A DNA stretch of 64,000 bases, from the NCBI GenBank assembly GCA_947625535.1, contig CANQOR010000002.1, positions 9,507 to 73,506 on the forward strand. Direction: 5' to 3'. Source of the DNA: an uncultured Bacilli bacterium (GTDB lineage Bacteria; Bacillota_I; Bacilli_A; RF39; UBA660). The position numbers were made by a program, and so were the translations under genes. Below, one piece after another: positions 44,562 to 55,077 of this stretch. Position 1 is the stretch's first letter. Each line of letters starts with the position of its first letter. Below the pieces are notes generated by a model. That model was not told the DNA's origin, made no database searches, and saw only the letters and a list, made by a program, of their open reading frames with translations.

Positions 44562-45566
44562 TTAGTAATCTATCTTCATTGCTTTTTTAACTTTAAGCAT
44601 TTGTTCTTTAGCTTTTTCACGAGCTTTTTGAGTACCTTCTTTAAGTATTTTATCTACTAATTCAGGATTATCTTCATATACTTTACGACGTTCTTTTATA
44701 GGTTTTAAGAATTCATTCATTTTAGTAATTAATTCTTTTTTACATTGAACACAACCACGTGTTCCTTTTTTGCATTCAGAACATATTGTTTCAATATTTT
44801 CTTTTGTATTAACTAATTTATGATAGTAGTAAACCATACATACATCTGGATTAGCTGGATTGTCTTTTTTAATCTTGTTAGGATCAGTAACAGCACCCAT
44901 TATTTTTTTATTTATAGTTTCTTCGTCATCTACTAAGTAAATGGCATTACCTAATGATTTGCCCATTTTATCATTACCATCTAAACCTTTAATACGTTTA
45001 GTTTCGGAAAGATATGAATCAGGTTCTTTTAATGTTTCACCATAGATAGTATTAAATTTACGAACTATTTCACGACATTGTTCAATTAATGGCAATTGAT
45101 CTTCACCAACTGGAACTAATTCACCATCAAAAGCAGTAATATCTGCAGCTTGAGAAACAGGGTAACCTAGAAAACCATATGTAATTGATTCACCTTCATT
45201 ACCAAATAATTCCTTTTTTTGAGCAATTTCAGCTTTAACAGTTGGATTACGGTGTAAACGAGCAATTGTTACTAAATTAGAGTAATAAACAGTTAATTCT
45301 GCTATCTCAGGTATTTGAGATTGAATAAACATATTTACTTTAGTTGGATCAATACCGATAGCTAGTAAATCCATAGATATTTCTTTGACATTCTTACGAA
45401 CTTTTTCTGGATTATCAAAGTTATCTGTTAAAGCTTGAACATCAGCTATTTCTAAGTAAAAGTTATAATTATCTTGTAATTTAACCCAGTTTTGACCAGC
45501 TCCAAATAAATGACCTAAATGTAAATTACCGGTAGGTCTTAAACCAGTTAAAATTGTTTTTTTCAT
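44562..45566 (-). CDS. trpS: tryptophanyl-tRNA synthetase
   Basis: HIGH-type motif TGNLHLGH and KMSKS-type motif KMGKS. Start set at the ATG (MKKTIL) after a GGAAGTG RBS. Confidence 0.95.
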   Translation of the reverse strand: MKKTILTGLRPTGNLHLGHLFGAGQNWVKLQDNYNFYLEIADVQALTDNFDNPEKVRKNVKEISMDLLAIGIDPTKVNMFIQSQIPEIAELTVYYSNLVTIARLHRNPTVKAEIAQKKELFGNEGESITYGFLGYPVSQAADITAFDGELVPVGEDQLPLIEQCREIVRKFNTIYGETLKEPDSYLSETKRIKGLDGNDKMGKSLGNAIYLVDDEETINKKIMGAVTDPNKIKKDNPANPDVCMVYYYHKLVNTKENIETICSECKKGTRGCVQCKKELITKMNEFLKPIKERRKVYEDNPELVDKILKEGTQKAREKAKEQMLKVKKAMKIDY

Positions 45567-45648
45567 AATTATCACTTCCTGTTAATTATTTTAACATAAG
45601 ATGTATAAAAAGTTAATTATAAAGAATAATAAAAAAGAGGAGAATATA

Positions 45649-46197
45649 ATGAAAAAGATTATTTTTAGTATTTTACTAATTATATGTAATTTAATAATAA
45701 TTGGTTGTGGAAAAGAACAGACTGCTAAAGAAGTAGTTGCTCAGTATTTAGATAATTATATAACTTTAGATAGTAATGTTATTTTACAGATGGATGAATT
45801 TGTTGATAATGAAAATTTAACTAATGAACAAAAAGAAGTATATAAAGAAGTATTAAAAAAAGAATATAGTAGTTTAACTTATGATATACAAGGGGAAAGA
45901 TATGAAAATGATAATGCTTATGTTAAAACTAAAATAAATGTTATAGATTTATATAAAGTACAAAGAGAAGCTTTAAATTATTATAATAGTCATATAGAAG
46001 AATTTAATAATGATTATGGTGTATATGATAAAAATTTATTTATTAATTATAAATTAAATGAAATGAAAAAAGCTAAAGAGACGATTAATTATGAAATAGA
46101 ATTTAAATTAGAAAAAGAAAATGATAAATGGAAAGTAGTTCAATTAAGTAATGATGATTTAGAAAAAATACATGGGATATACAGTTATGAGGAATAA
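45649..46197 (+). CDS. lipoprotein of unknown function
   Basis: GAGGAG RBS. Signal + lipobox LIIIGC. Confidence 0.6.
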   Translation: MKKIIFSILLIICNLIIIGCGKEQTAKEVVAQYLDNYITLDSNVILQMDEFVDNENLTNEQKEVYKEVLKKEYSSLTYDIQGERYENDNAYVKTKINVIDLYKVQREALNYYNSHIEEFNNDYGVYDKNLFINYKLNEMKKAKETINYEIEFKLEKENDKWKVVQLSNDDLEKIHGIYSYEE

Positions 46198-46247
46198 TTA
46201 CTATAATTATTCTTTTTAATTTGTTATAATTTTTTTAGGTGTTAGGT

Positions 46248-47087
46248 ATGCAGTATTCATTACTTGATAAATATCGTAATTTTGCCATTCAACACAAAAA
46301 AATTATTGTGTCATTTTTTTGTGTACTTATTTTAGGTTTATTTGTTTACTTATTTCAAGTTGGATATGCTAAGAGAATGGAAAATATTCCATTTAGTGAA
46401 ATACAAGAATTGTTAGATGAATTAAAAGAAAAAGATAAAGATATATATAATAAAGTTGAAGTTAAAAAAGTTAATAAAATAGTTAAAGGAATAGATGTAT
46501 CTTCTTGGCAAGGAGATATAGATTGGTCAAAAGTTGCTAAAAGTAATATAGATTTTGTTATGGTAAGATGTGGTTATAGAAATTTAACTAATGATGAACT
46601 TGGAATAGATAAAAGATTTGAATATAATATTACGGAAGCTAATAAATATAATATACCTGTAGGAGTTTATTTTTATTCAACTGCTATCAATCAAAAAGAA
46701 GCATTAGAAGAAGCTACTTTTGTTCTTAATTTAATTAAAGATTATGAAATAACTTATCCAGTAGTTTATGACTTTGAATTATTTGATGAAAAAAGGACAA
46801 AGAATGTTAAAGATGTAATTATAAATGATAATGCAGTACATTTTTTAAGTTATATTGAAAGTCATGGTTATGAAGTAATGCTTTATACTAATTTAAGGGG
46901 AATAGAAAAGCATTGGAATTTAGATTTATTTAAAAATTATAATATATGGTATGCTCAATATATAGATAAATCTTCATATGATGGAAAATATACAATGTGG
47001 CAGTATGCTGATAATGGTAAAATAGATGGAGTAAAGGGTAGAGTTGATCTAAATGAAAGTTATATTGCTTATGAAAAGATAAATTAA
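46248..47087 (+). CDS. membrane-anchored GH25 muramidase (lysozyme)
   Basis: TM helix followed by GIDVSSWQGDIDWSKV...DFVMVRCGY, the GH25 signature. Confidence 0.85.
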   Translation: MQYSLLDKYRNFAIQHKKIIVSFFCVLILGLFVYLFQVGYAKRMENIPFSEIQELLDELKEKDKDIYNKVEVKKVNKIVKGIDVSSWQGDIDWSKVAKSNIDFVMVRCGYRNLTNDELGIDKRFEYNITEANKYNIPVGVYFYSTAINQKEALEEATFVLNLIKDYEITYPVVYDFELFDEKRTKNVKDVIINDNAVHFLSYIESHGYEVMLYTNLRGIEKHWNLDLFKNYNIWYAQYIDKSSYDGKYTMWQYADNGKIDGVKGRVDLNESYIAYEKIN

Positions 47088-47133
47088 AGGACTTATTTAG
47101 TCCTTTTTTTCATATATTTATTTAGGTGAAACT

Positions 47134-48183
47134 ATGAAGAGATTACTATGGTTATTTTTGTTATTAATTCCTTTTAAAATAGCAGCAATTAGTGCTAGTT
47201 CATATATTGTAATGGATATGGATAGTGGGAGAGTCTTAGAAGGTAGTAATATTAATAAAGAGAGTTTAATAGCTAGTACTACTAAAATATTAACAGCAAT
47301 AACTGCTATTGAATATGGTAATTTAAATGATGTAGTAAGAGTTAATCAAGATATATTATCAGCTTATGGAAGTGGGATATATATTCAAATAGGGGAAGAA
47401 CTTACTTTAGATGATTTATTATATGGTTTAATGCTTAGAAGTGGGAATGATGCTGCTTTAGCTATTGCATCTCATGTAGGAGGATCTAAAGATAATTTTG
47501 TTTTTATAATGAATGAAAAAGCTAAAAGTATAGGAATGAAAAATTCTTTATTTGTAAATCCTTCTGGTTTAGAAGAAAATGATGGAAGTGCAAATAAATC
47601 AACAGTCTATGATATGGCTTTATTAACGAGATATGCTATGAAAAATGATAATTATAGAAGAATAACAGGAACTAAAGAAATAACTATTAAATCTAGTATG
47701 AAAACATATAAATGGTTTAATAAAAATAAATTACTTAGAATATATGATTATTGTACTGGAGGTAAAACAGGATTTACTAAAAAAGCTCATCGTACTTTAG
47801 TAACAACTGCTAGTAAAGATGGAATGAATTTAATAGTAGTAACTTTTAATGATGGAAATGATTTTAATGATCATAAAGAGTTATATGAAAAATATTTTAA
47901 TAATTATAAAGTAATTAAAGTAATAGATAAAAATACTAATTATGGAGAGAATATTAAGTTAAAAAATGATTTTTATTTAGTATTAGGTAAAGATGAAAAA
48001 TATGAAACTAATTTAGTTATGGAAAATAGTGATAATGCAGTTAATGGAAGTATTGTAGGTAAAGTAGAAGTTATATTAAATGGAGAAGTTTTAGGTTATA
48101 GAAATTTATATTATGAAAAAGTAAGTGTTACAGAGAATAAAAGTTTTATTAGTAAGTTATTAGATTTTTTAAAATTTTGGTGA
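47134..48183 (+). CDS. dacB: D-alanyl-D-alanine carboxypeptidase (sporulation-type DacB-like)
   Basis: SxxK (ASTTK), SGN (RSGND) and KTG (KTGFT) motifs. Followed by spmA-spmB, as in Bacillus. Confidence 0.85.
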   Translation: MKRLLWLFLLLIPFKIAAISASSYIVMDMDSGRVLEGSNINKESLIASTTKILTAITAIEYGNLNDVVRVNQDILSAYGSGIYIQIGEELTLDDLLYGLMLRSGNDAALAIASHVGGSKDNFVFIMNEKAKSIGMKNSLFVNPSGLEENDGSANKSTVYDMALLTRYAMKNDNYRRITGTKEITIKSSMKTYKWFNKNKLLRIYDYCTGGKTGFTKKAHRTLVTTASKDGMNLIVVTFNDGNDFNDHKELYEKYFNNYKVIKVIDKNTNYGENIKLKNDFYLVLGKDEKYETNLVMENSDNAVNGSIVGKVEVILNGEVLGYRNLYYEKVSVTENKSFISKLLDFLKFW

Positions 48184-48186
48184 TAT

Positions 48187-48762
48187 ATGATAAATAAAAT
48201 ATGGTTAATATTAATAAGTGTGGGAATAGGTTATTCGTTTTTTAATAATAGTATAAATATGGGAGATGTAATACTTAATAGTGCTAATTCAGCTTATGAA
48301 CTTATTATATCTATAGGACCTTTAATTGTTTTATGGTCAGGGATTATTAATATAGCTAGTAATAGTGGTTTATTATATAAGTTTAGTAAGTTTTTAAGAC
48401 CATTTTTAAAAAGAATAATGCCTTCTGTTAAAGGAGAAAAAGCTTTAGAATATATTTCTTCGAATATAGCTGCTAATATGTTAGGATTAGGTTCTGTTGC
48501 AACACCAGCAGGTCTTAAAGCAATGAAAGAATTAAATGAAGAAAATGAAAAACCAGGAGTAGCTAGTGAAGGAATGATAACTTTTTTAATTTTAAATACT
48601 AGTGGAGTAACTATAATTCCTATGACTGTTATTGCTCTTAGAATGGCTTATCGAAGTATTAATCCTTCAGCTATAATAATTCCAAGTATTATAGCGACAT
48701 TAGTTAGTTCTATTTGTGGACTTGGATTAGATTATTTTATTAGGAGGAGAAATGCTAAGTAA
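48187..48762 (+). CDS. spmA: spore maturation protein A (nucleoside-recognition/Gate domain)
   Basis: Polytopic membrane protein in the conserved dacB-spmA-spmB order. Confidence 0.75.
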   Translation: MINKIWLILISVGIGYSFFNNSINMGDVILNSANSAYELIISIGPLIVLWSGIINIASNSGLLYKFSKFLRPFLKRIMPSVKGEKALEYISSNIAANMLGLGSVATPAGLKAMKELNEENEKPGVASEGMITFLILNTSGVTIIPMTVIALRMAYRSINPSAIIIPSIIATLVSSICGLGLDYFIRRRNAK

Positions 48763-49234
48763 ATATATAATTCCTATAATAGTAATTATAATAGTTATTT
48801 ATGGTTTTATAAAAAAAGTAGATATATATGAAACTTTTTTAGAGGGTAGTGTTGATGGTCTTAAAACAGTAGTAAATATTATTCCAATTATATTAGCAAT
48901 GATATTTGCTGTTAATATTTTTGTAGAGAGTGGAGTTTTAAATTTAATAGGAGGTAAATTCAAAGATATAGTACCAATGATTGTTTTAAGACCAATTAGT
49001 GGGAATGCAACTTTAGTTTATATGAGTAAAATATTTCAAAAATATGGGGTAGATTCTTATATAGGTAATTTAGCTAGTGTTATACAAGGGGCGACAGATA
49101 CAACGATATATGTTTTAGCTTTATATTTTGGTAGTGTTGGTATTAAAAAAACTAGATATGCTTTAATAGGTGGTTTGTTTGCTGATATTTGTGGGATTAT
49201 AGCAGCTTTTGTTGTAGTTAATTGGTTTTTTTGA
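48752..49234 (+). CDS. spmB: spore maturation protein B
   Basis: Polytopic membrane protein. Overlaps the spmA end by 11 nt. Confidence 0.75.
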   Translation: MLSKYIIPIIVIIIVIYGFIKKVDIYETFLEGSVDGLKTVVNIIPIILAMIFAVNIFVESGVLNLIGGKFKDIVPMIVLRPISGNATLVYMSKIFQKYGVDSYIGNLASVIQGATDTTIYVLALYFGSVGIKKTRYALIGGLFADICGIIAAFVVVNWFF

Positions 49235-49262
49235 TATGATATTAGTATAAGAAAGTGATAGT

Positions 49263-49769
49263 ATGGAAGAAGAAACAATAGAAAAAATAAAATGTCCTAA
49301 ATGTGGTTTTGAAAACGTTAAAGGAACTAGAAAATGCATTAAATGTAAAGCAGAAATAAGATTAACTAAGAGTTGTCCTAAGTGTGCTAAAAGAAATAAA
49401 TTAGATGCTATAAAATGTGTTAATTGTGGTTATAATTTTAATAAAAAAAGTAATCTTAAAAATTTAATTTTTAATTTAATTATTTCTTTAATATTAATTG
49501 TTATATTAAGTTTATTAGTTTATTTTGAACATAAAGGAGTAGTTAATAATATTAGTAATATTTTTAAAATAGTAGCAGTATTATTTATCTTTCTTTTATT
49601 ATATAGAACTGTTAATTATGGTAGTAAAGATATAAATAAATTTAGTGCTGAGGAAGAAATATTAGATGATTCTAAATTTGTTTTACTAAGAAAGATTAGT
49701 AATATTGCTATTGTAATTGGAACAATTGGTGTAACGGCTTTCTTAATATATTATTATTTTATTAGATAA
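49263..49769 (+). CDS. zinc-ribbon membrane protein
   Basis: Two CPxCG/CxxC pairs at the N-terminus, followed by three TM helices. Confidence 0.55.
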   Translation: MEEETIEKIKCPKCGFENVKGTRKCIKCKAEIRLTKSCPKCAKRNKLDAIKCVNCGYNFNKKSNLKNLIFNLIISLILIVILSLLVYFEHKGVVNNISNIFKIVAVLFIFLLLYRTVNYGSKDINKFSAEEEILDDSKFVLLRKISNIAIVIGTIGVTAFLIYYYFIR

Positions 49770-49826
49770 GAGAAAAATTTCTCTTTTTTTTGTTTTTCTT
49801 GTATAATTAAAAAGCAGGTGATGTAT

Positions 49827-50549
49827 ATGGAACGTTTACAAAAAGTTATTGCTAATAGCGGTTATTGTTCTAGAAGAAAAGCTGAAGAATTAATAACTAA
49901 AGGAAAAGTTTATGTTAATGGTGAATTAGTAAAAGAATTAGGAACTAAAGTAAGTGATAAAGATATAATAGTTGTTGATGGAGTAACAATAAATAAGGAA
50001 ATAAGAAAAGAATATTATTTACTTAATAAACCACGTGGTTATATATGTAGTGTTAGTGATGATAAAGGAAGAAAAGTTGTTACTGATTTAATAGAAACGA
50101 CAGAAAGAATATATCCAGTAGGAAGATTAGATTATGATACAACAGGATTACTTATTTTAACTAATGATGGAGATTTTGCTAATATTTTAATGCATCCATC
50201 TAATGAAGTAGAAAAAACTTATTTAGCAGTTATCGAAGGAATATTAACTACAGAAGAAATATATGCTTTAAAAGAAGGAATAGTTATAGATGGAGTTAAA
50301 GTTATTCCTAAAAGAATTAAAATAAAAAGTAAAGATATTAATAAAAATAGAGAAAAAGTTATTATTACAATTGTTGAAGGACGTAATCATATTGTTAAAA
50401 AAATCTTTGAAAGTATAGGTCATCCTGTTAATAAATTACATAGAGAAAAGTATGCTTTTTTAGATGTTAAGGGATTACAATCAGGAGATTATAGATATTT
50501 AACTAATGAAGAAGTAAGTAAGTTAAAAGCATTAAAAAAAAGGAAATAA
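49827..50549 (+). CDS. rluB: pseudouridine synthase (RluB/RsuA family, S4 domain)
   Basis: S4-like N-terminus (RLQKVIANSGYCSRRKAEELI) and catalytic GRLDYDTTGLLILTNDG. Confidence 0.85.
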   Translation: MERLQKVIANSGYCSRRKAEELITKGKVYVNGELVKELGTKVSDKDIIVVDGVTINKEIRKEYYLLNKPRGYICSVSDDKGRKVVTDLIETTERIYPVGRLDYDTTGLLILTNDGDFANILMHPSNEVEKTYLAVIEGILTTEEIYALKEGIVIDGVKVIPKRIKIKSKDINKNREKVIITIVEGRNHIVKKIFESIGHPVNKLHREKYAFLDVKGLQSGDYRYLTNEEVSKLKALKKRK

Positions 50550-50575
50550 TGAAGTAATTCATAATTTCCTTTTTA

Positions 50576-50788
50576 TTATTCAGCATTTTCTTCGCTATTT
50601 TCATTATTATTAGTTGTTTCTTCAACTTTAATAGCACCAACTGGACAAGCATCAGCAGCTTCTTTAACAGAATCTGTTACTTCTTGAGAAATTGGAGTAG
50701 ATAAACCTCTTTCATCAAATTCAAAGTGTTCACCATCAATTGCTACGCAAGCGCCACAACCAATACATGTATCATCAACTTTTATCAT
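50576..50788 (-). CDS. ferredoxin (single Fe-S cluster type)
   Basis: CIGCGACVAI...ACPVGAI. Start set at MIKVDD after an AGGAGG RBS. Confidence 0.85.
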   Translation of the reverse strand: MIKVDDTCIGCGACVAIDGEHFEFDERGLSTPISQEVTDSVKEAADACPVGAIKVEETTNNNENSEENAE

Positions 50789-50901
50789 ATACATTCCTCC
50801 TTTGATAATCATAGCAATTATAATGTAAAAAAGCAAATAAAATATTTATAAAGGTTTTAGAATATGATATTATTATAATATATAGTAAGGAGTGTTTTTA
50901 C

Positions 50902-52047
50902 ATGCAGTCAAGAATGAAAAAATACTATGATAATATAGATGAAATGGAAGAAGTAGTACCTTCTAGATCACAAAGAAATAAAGATTTATATAAGGAAGTT
51001 ACTAATTTAGAAATAGAAGAATTTGATTTAAATAGTAATGCTTCTGTAATAGGTGATAATCCAGATAATATTAATCTTGATGATATAAAAGAAATTCTAA
51101 CTGAAAAATATCCTGAAAATAAAAAGAAAAAGAGCTTTGGTGATAGTGATGATATTAATTTACCAGAGATTCATTTAGATGAAACAAGAGAATATGATAT
51201 TACGACAGTGTTAGAAAAAGCTAAAGAAGATAAAGAAATAAATTATGAAAAAGATCGTTTAAAGAAATTACGTGATACACAATATGATATATTTAATGAT
51301 ATAGAAAAATATCATAAAGATGAAGATACTGATGATGATAGTAAACGTAAGAATTCTAAGAGTAAGCAAGATAGTGAAGAATTAATGGAACTTATTAATA
51401 CTATTACAGCTAAAGAATTGGTAAAAGATACTGATAGTAGTGATGATTTAGATCCTCTAGATATTTTAACTGATTTAAGAGGAGATAATGAAAATACTAA
51501 AGTATTAGGAGCTTTAGTTACTGAAGAAGAACCTGAAAAGAAAGAAGATACTTTAGAAGTTATTCTAAAAGAAATAGATGTTACACAAAATGATATTAAT
51601 ACAAAAGAAGAAAAGAAAGAACCTAAAGTATATGTAGATGAAGATGAAGAATTCTTTAATGCTAATAGAGATGAAGAAAGTGATGATTCTGAAGAAGCTG
51701 AAGAAGCTTTAGCAGAAAAGAACATTGCTTTAGCAGAAAATTATCTTTCAGAGGAAAAAGAAAAAGAAGAAACTGGTAAGGTAGTTTACTATGATACTAA
51801 TGAACTTGGTAATGTAATGAGTACTAAGACTTTAGAAATAGCTAAAGATGATCCAAAAGAGTTAGAAAAAACACTTAATGATGCATCTAAATTTACTCAA
51901 AGTGATTTTGATGACTTTAATGATTTAAAAGAAGATATGCATGCGACAAAGATAATAGTTAAAATATTAATAGCACTTATTATAATTGTCTTTATAGTTG
52001 GATGTGTAATATTACTAAATAAATATTTAGGATTAGGACTATTTTAA
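50902..52047 (+). CDS. highly acidic protein with C-terminal TM anchor
   Basis: 381 aa, D/E/K-rich, single C-terminal TM helix. No family recognised. Confidence 0.5.
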   Translation: MQSRMKKYYDNIDEMEEVVPSRSQRNKDLYKEVTNLEIEEFDLNSNASVIGDNPDNINLDDIKEILTEKYPENKKKKSFGDSDDINLPEIHLDETREYDITTVLEKAKEDKEINYEKDRLKKLRDTQYDIFNDIEKYHKDEDTDDDSKRKNSKSKQDSEELMELINTITAKELVKDTDSSDDLDPLDILTDLRGDNENTKVLGALVTEEEPEKKEDTLEVILKEIDVTQNDINTKEEKKEPKVYVDEDEEFFNANRDEESDDSEEAEEALAEKNIALAENYLSEEKEKEETGKVVYYDTNELGNVMSTKTLEIAKDDPKELEKTLNDASKFTQSDFDDFNDLKEDMHATKIIVKILIALIIIVFIVGCVILLNKYLGLGLF

Positions 52048-52079
52048 ATAGTTCTTTTTTTTTTGACATATAATTTATT

Positions 52080-52760
52080 ATGAAATTAAGGAAAAGAAAA
52101 AAGACTAATTTATTTTTAACAATAATTTTAATTATATTAAATATTTTTATAATATTAAGTTTTATTGGTATAAAAATAACTCCTAAAATAGAAGATTTAA
52201 TTAAAAAGAATATTAGTAAAAATATATATAGTTATGTTTTTAAGACAATAAATACTAATATGTTAGATAATGAAGAATTATTAGATGTAATATCATTAAA
52301 TTTAAATAATAAGGGAGAACTTATAGCTGTAGATTATAAGTTTAATATAGCTTATGAATATTTGAGTGATGGATTAAATTTTTTATATGAAAAGATTAAT
52401 AATTTAGAACCAAGTATGGCTTATTATACGGGAGAAAAAGGAATATACTTTGTACCAGTTGGTTTAATTAATCATAATGTTTTAACAGAGAATTTGGGTT
52501 TTAAAATACCAATAAAAATAAATTTTATTAGTGATATAGAAATGGGATTTAAAACAAAAGTTTCTGATTATGGAATGAATAATTTATTAGTAGAACTATA
52601 TTTGGAAATAGAAGTAGAAAATGACTTAATAACACCTAATACTAAGGATAGCTTTAGTGAAAAATATGAAATTATTATAGCTTCTAAAGTTATAATAGGA
52701 AGTATTCCTAATATATATGGTGGAGTTATTGAAAAAGATAGTGCAATTGTATCTAGTTAA
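52080..52760 (+). CDS. yunB: sporulation protein YunB
   Basis: N-terminal TM helix. Family-like segments FVPVGLINHNVL, GFKIPIKINFISDIEMGFKTKVSDYGMNN and IIGSIPNIY. Confidence 0.65.
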   Translation: MKLRKRKKTNLFLTIILIILNIFIILSFIGIKITPKIEDLIKKNISKNIYSYVFKTINTNMLDNEELLDVISLNLNNKGELIAVDYKFNIAYEYLSDGLNFLYEKINNLEPSMAYYTGEKGIYFVPVGLINHNVLTENLGFKIPIKINFISDIEMGFKTKVSDYGMNNLLVELYLEIEVENDLITPNTKDSFSEKYEIIIASKVIIGSIPNIYGGVIEKDSAIVSS

Positions 52761-52800
52761 ATTACTTAATTTGTGGTACTATTATATAGTAGGTGGTACT

Positions 52801-53322
52801 ATGGATGATAAAGTATTTATTAATAAAGCATTTAATGATGGAATTAAATTATATTTAGATAATAAAGATAAATTAGAATCTTTAGAATATAATAGTTTTT
52901 TATGCTGTGTAATAAGAATATTAGTTTTAATATATGATGAAAGTTCAATTATTAATTATTATAATACTTTAGATGAAGATCATTTTAATACATTAATGAT
53001 TAAATATGGATTTAGTGTTAGTGATTATAGTGAATTTGTTAATAATTTTGGTAAATATTATCATTTTTTAAAGAAACAAGAAAATAAAGCTATTAAAAAG
53101 AAAAATAAATATTTTAATTTAGTTCAAAAAAGTTTAATAGATATGTTAGTAAAAAGAAATAGTACTGAAAAATTAAATGAAACAGTGATAAATGAGATAT
53201 ATGATTTATTATTTACAGCGAATAGTAAGGATTTTTATCGTAAGAGTGTTGCTTTAGTACAAGCTTATAATCCTTATGAAATAGATGATTATTTTAAAAA
53301 ACAAAATTTGTTAGTGGGGTAA
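52801..53322 (+). CDS. hypothetical protein
   Basis: Start set at ATG 52801 after an AGGTGG RBS. The longer tracked ORF overlaps yunB. Confidence 0.45.
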   Translation: MDDKVFINKAFNDGIKLYLDNKDKLESLEYNSFLCCVIRILVLIYDESSIINYYNTLDEDHFNTLMIKYGFSVSDYSEFVNNFGKYYHFLKKQENKAIKKKNKYFNLVQKSLIDMLVKRNSTEKLNETVINEIYDLLFTANSKDFYRKSVALVQAYNPYEIDDYFKKQNLLVG

Positions 53323-53327
53323 GGTAA

Positions 53328-53609
53328 ATGAAAAAGATAACAATTAATGATAAGAAATATGAAGTTATTGAAGAGGTAGGAGAAGCTATTGATAAAGAAT
53401 TGTTAGCTGAAAAAATAACTGATTATTTTGATGATTTTGACTATATTGTAGGGGATTGGGCTTACGGAAAAGTAAGACTTAAGGGGTTTTATGATACTAA
53501 GAATAAAAAGTGTAGCAAGATAAATGATATAGCTAATTTAAAGAATTATATAGAGAATGATTGTGCTTATGGGTGCAAGTGGTTCCAAATTAAGAAAATA
53601 AATGATTGA
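53328..53609 (+). CDS. yutD: YutD-like protein (DUF1027)
   Basis: DYIVGDWAYGKVRLKGFYD signature. Confidence 0.6.
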   Translation: MKKITINDKKYEVIEEVGEAIDKELLAEKITDYFDDFDYIVGDWAYGKVRLKGFYDTKNKKCSKINDIANLKNYIENDCAYGCKWFQIKKIND

Positions 53610-53660
53610 AAACGATAATATTATTTGCTATAATAAGTAATAGAATAGAGAGGGATTGCA

Positions 53661-55037
53661 ATGCCAGAGAAGATATCTATCTTGAAGGAATCTGGTGAAG
53701 TGTTAACTTCGAATATTGTTTCTGTTTTCACGATTCCTGATACTGAAAAGAGATATATTATTACAACTGAAAATGCTGTGGATCCTCATGGACTCACTGT
53801 TTTGCATGTTAGTGAAATTGTTGATAATACTTTGCAAAAGATTGCAACTGATGATGAATGGTCTTCTATAAAGACAATCATGAGAGCAATTATTTCTGGC
53901 AATGTAGGTTCTTATAAATATTTACCAATAATTGAAAAAGCTAGTGCTAATGGGCAGTATTCACGTGACATATCTGTTAGTGCATCTGCTTCTAAGCAAA
54001 TGATAGATAATTATAATTTAGGAGATAAAGGTAATGGTAATGGCGGAGCAGCTCCTGCTTTAGATGCTCCAGTAGCACCAACTCCAGCTGCACCAGTTCA
54101 ACCTAGTACGATATTCCCAACTGATGGTGGGGTTGTATCTAATGATGATGAAGTAGCACCTGGAATTGCTGAGTTAAATGAAAGTGCTCCTGAGGCGCCG
54201 GTAACACAACCAGCTACTCCTGAAGTTCAACCAGTTACGCCAGAGCCAGTTGCACCAGTAGTAGCAGTAGAACCTGTAGCTCCTCAAGTTACACCAACAC
54301 CTGGTGGACAAGTTACTGTTGCTAGTGTAGCAGTTCCTCAACCTGTAACACCAGCACCTTTAGAACCAGCTCCTGCGCCAGTTGTACCAACGGCTCCAGT
54401 AGAGCCAGTTACTCCAACTGTTGCTCCAGTAGTTACAGAAGAACCAGTTGTAGCTACAGAAGCTGTAGTTACTGATATTAGTTCAACTCCTGAAACAGAA
54501 GTTCCTGCTGCTGTTTCAATGTTAAATACAGAAGCTGCTTTAGATGTGGCTCAAAATGTAACACCAGAACCTGTAGCACCAATTGTTCCTGATGCTTTAG
54601 GACCTGTTACTCCTCCAGCAGAACCTGCTGAAGTACAGGTGGCAATGCCAACAGCGATGGTTCCTGATGCTCAAATTGTTCAAGGAGTTCAAACACCAGC
54701 GAATGATACAACGGCTAGTTTTGCTCCTGATGCAACATTAGATGAAGTCGTCTTAGGTGCTCAACAAATGTTTATGGAAGGTGTTAAAAATTTAGTTCAA
54801 ACAATTCAAGAAAAAGTATATAGAGATTTATATGCTAAAGAAGCTGAATTAAAGAGTAGAGAAGCCTTAATTGAAGAAAAAGAAAAGAATTTAAATAATC
54901 CCGTAACTCCTGCTAGTCAACCAGTGGCACCAGTTAGTGTTGAACCAGTTGTTCCAGCACCTGTTACTCCTCTTGCTCCAACAACTCCAGTTGTTCCTCA
55001 ACCTACAGTTGTTGAAACACCACCTAGTGCAATATAA
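53661..55037 (+). CDS. protein with a conserved-looking N-domain and a very long Pro/Val/Ala/Thr-rich low-complexity region
   Basis: 458 aa. About aa 130-345 and 420-458 are PVAT-rich. A short coiled-coil segment lies near the C-terminus. Confidence 0.5.
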   Translation: MPEKISILKESGEVLTSNIVSVFTIPDTEKRYIITTENAVDPHGLTVLHVSEIVDNTLQKIATDDEWSSIKTIMRAIISGNVGSYKYLPIIEKASANGQYSRDISVSASASKQMIDNYNLGDKGNGNGGAAPALDAPVAPTPAAPVQPSTIFPTDGGVVSNDDEVAPGIAELNESAPEAPVTQPATPEVQPVTPEPVAPVVAVEPVAPQVTPTPGGQVTVASVAVPQPVTPAPLEPAPAPVVPTAPVEPVTPTVAPVVTEEPVVATEAVVTDISSTPETEVPAAVSMLNTEAALDVAQNVTPEPVAPIVPDALGPVTPPAEPAEVQVAMPTAMVPDAQIVQGVQTPANDTTASFAPDATLDEVVLGAQQMFMEGVKNLVQTIQEKVYRDLYAKEAELKSREALIEEKEKNLNNPVTPASQPVAPVSVEPVVPAPVTPLAPTTPVVPQPTVVETPPSAI

Positions 55038-55064
55038 AACTTCAGAATTATCTGAAGTTTTTTT
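55036..55064 (+). terminator. intrinsic terminator
   Basis: 11-bp stem aaaacttcaga / tctgaagtttt with a 4-nt loop and a T-run. Confidence 0.7.
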
Positions 55065-55077
55065 CATATTATTTAAT

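Noticed and set aside
51312-51725. 137-aa Ser-rich minus-strand ORF
   Set aside because: It is the mirror image of the GAA/GAT-rich acidic protein gene 50902-52047. This is a typical antisense artefact.
54937-55077. N-terminal 47-codon extension of ORF 54937-55926
   Set aside because: The extension overlaps the 3' end of the upstream gene in another frame and runs through a strong terminator (55036-55064). The start was moved to ATG 55078.
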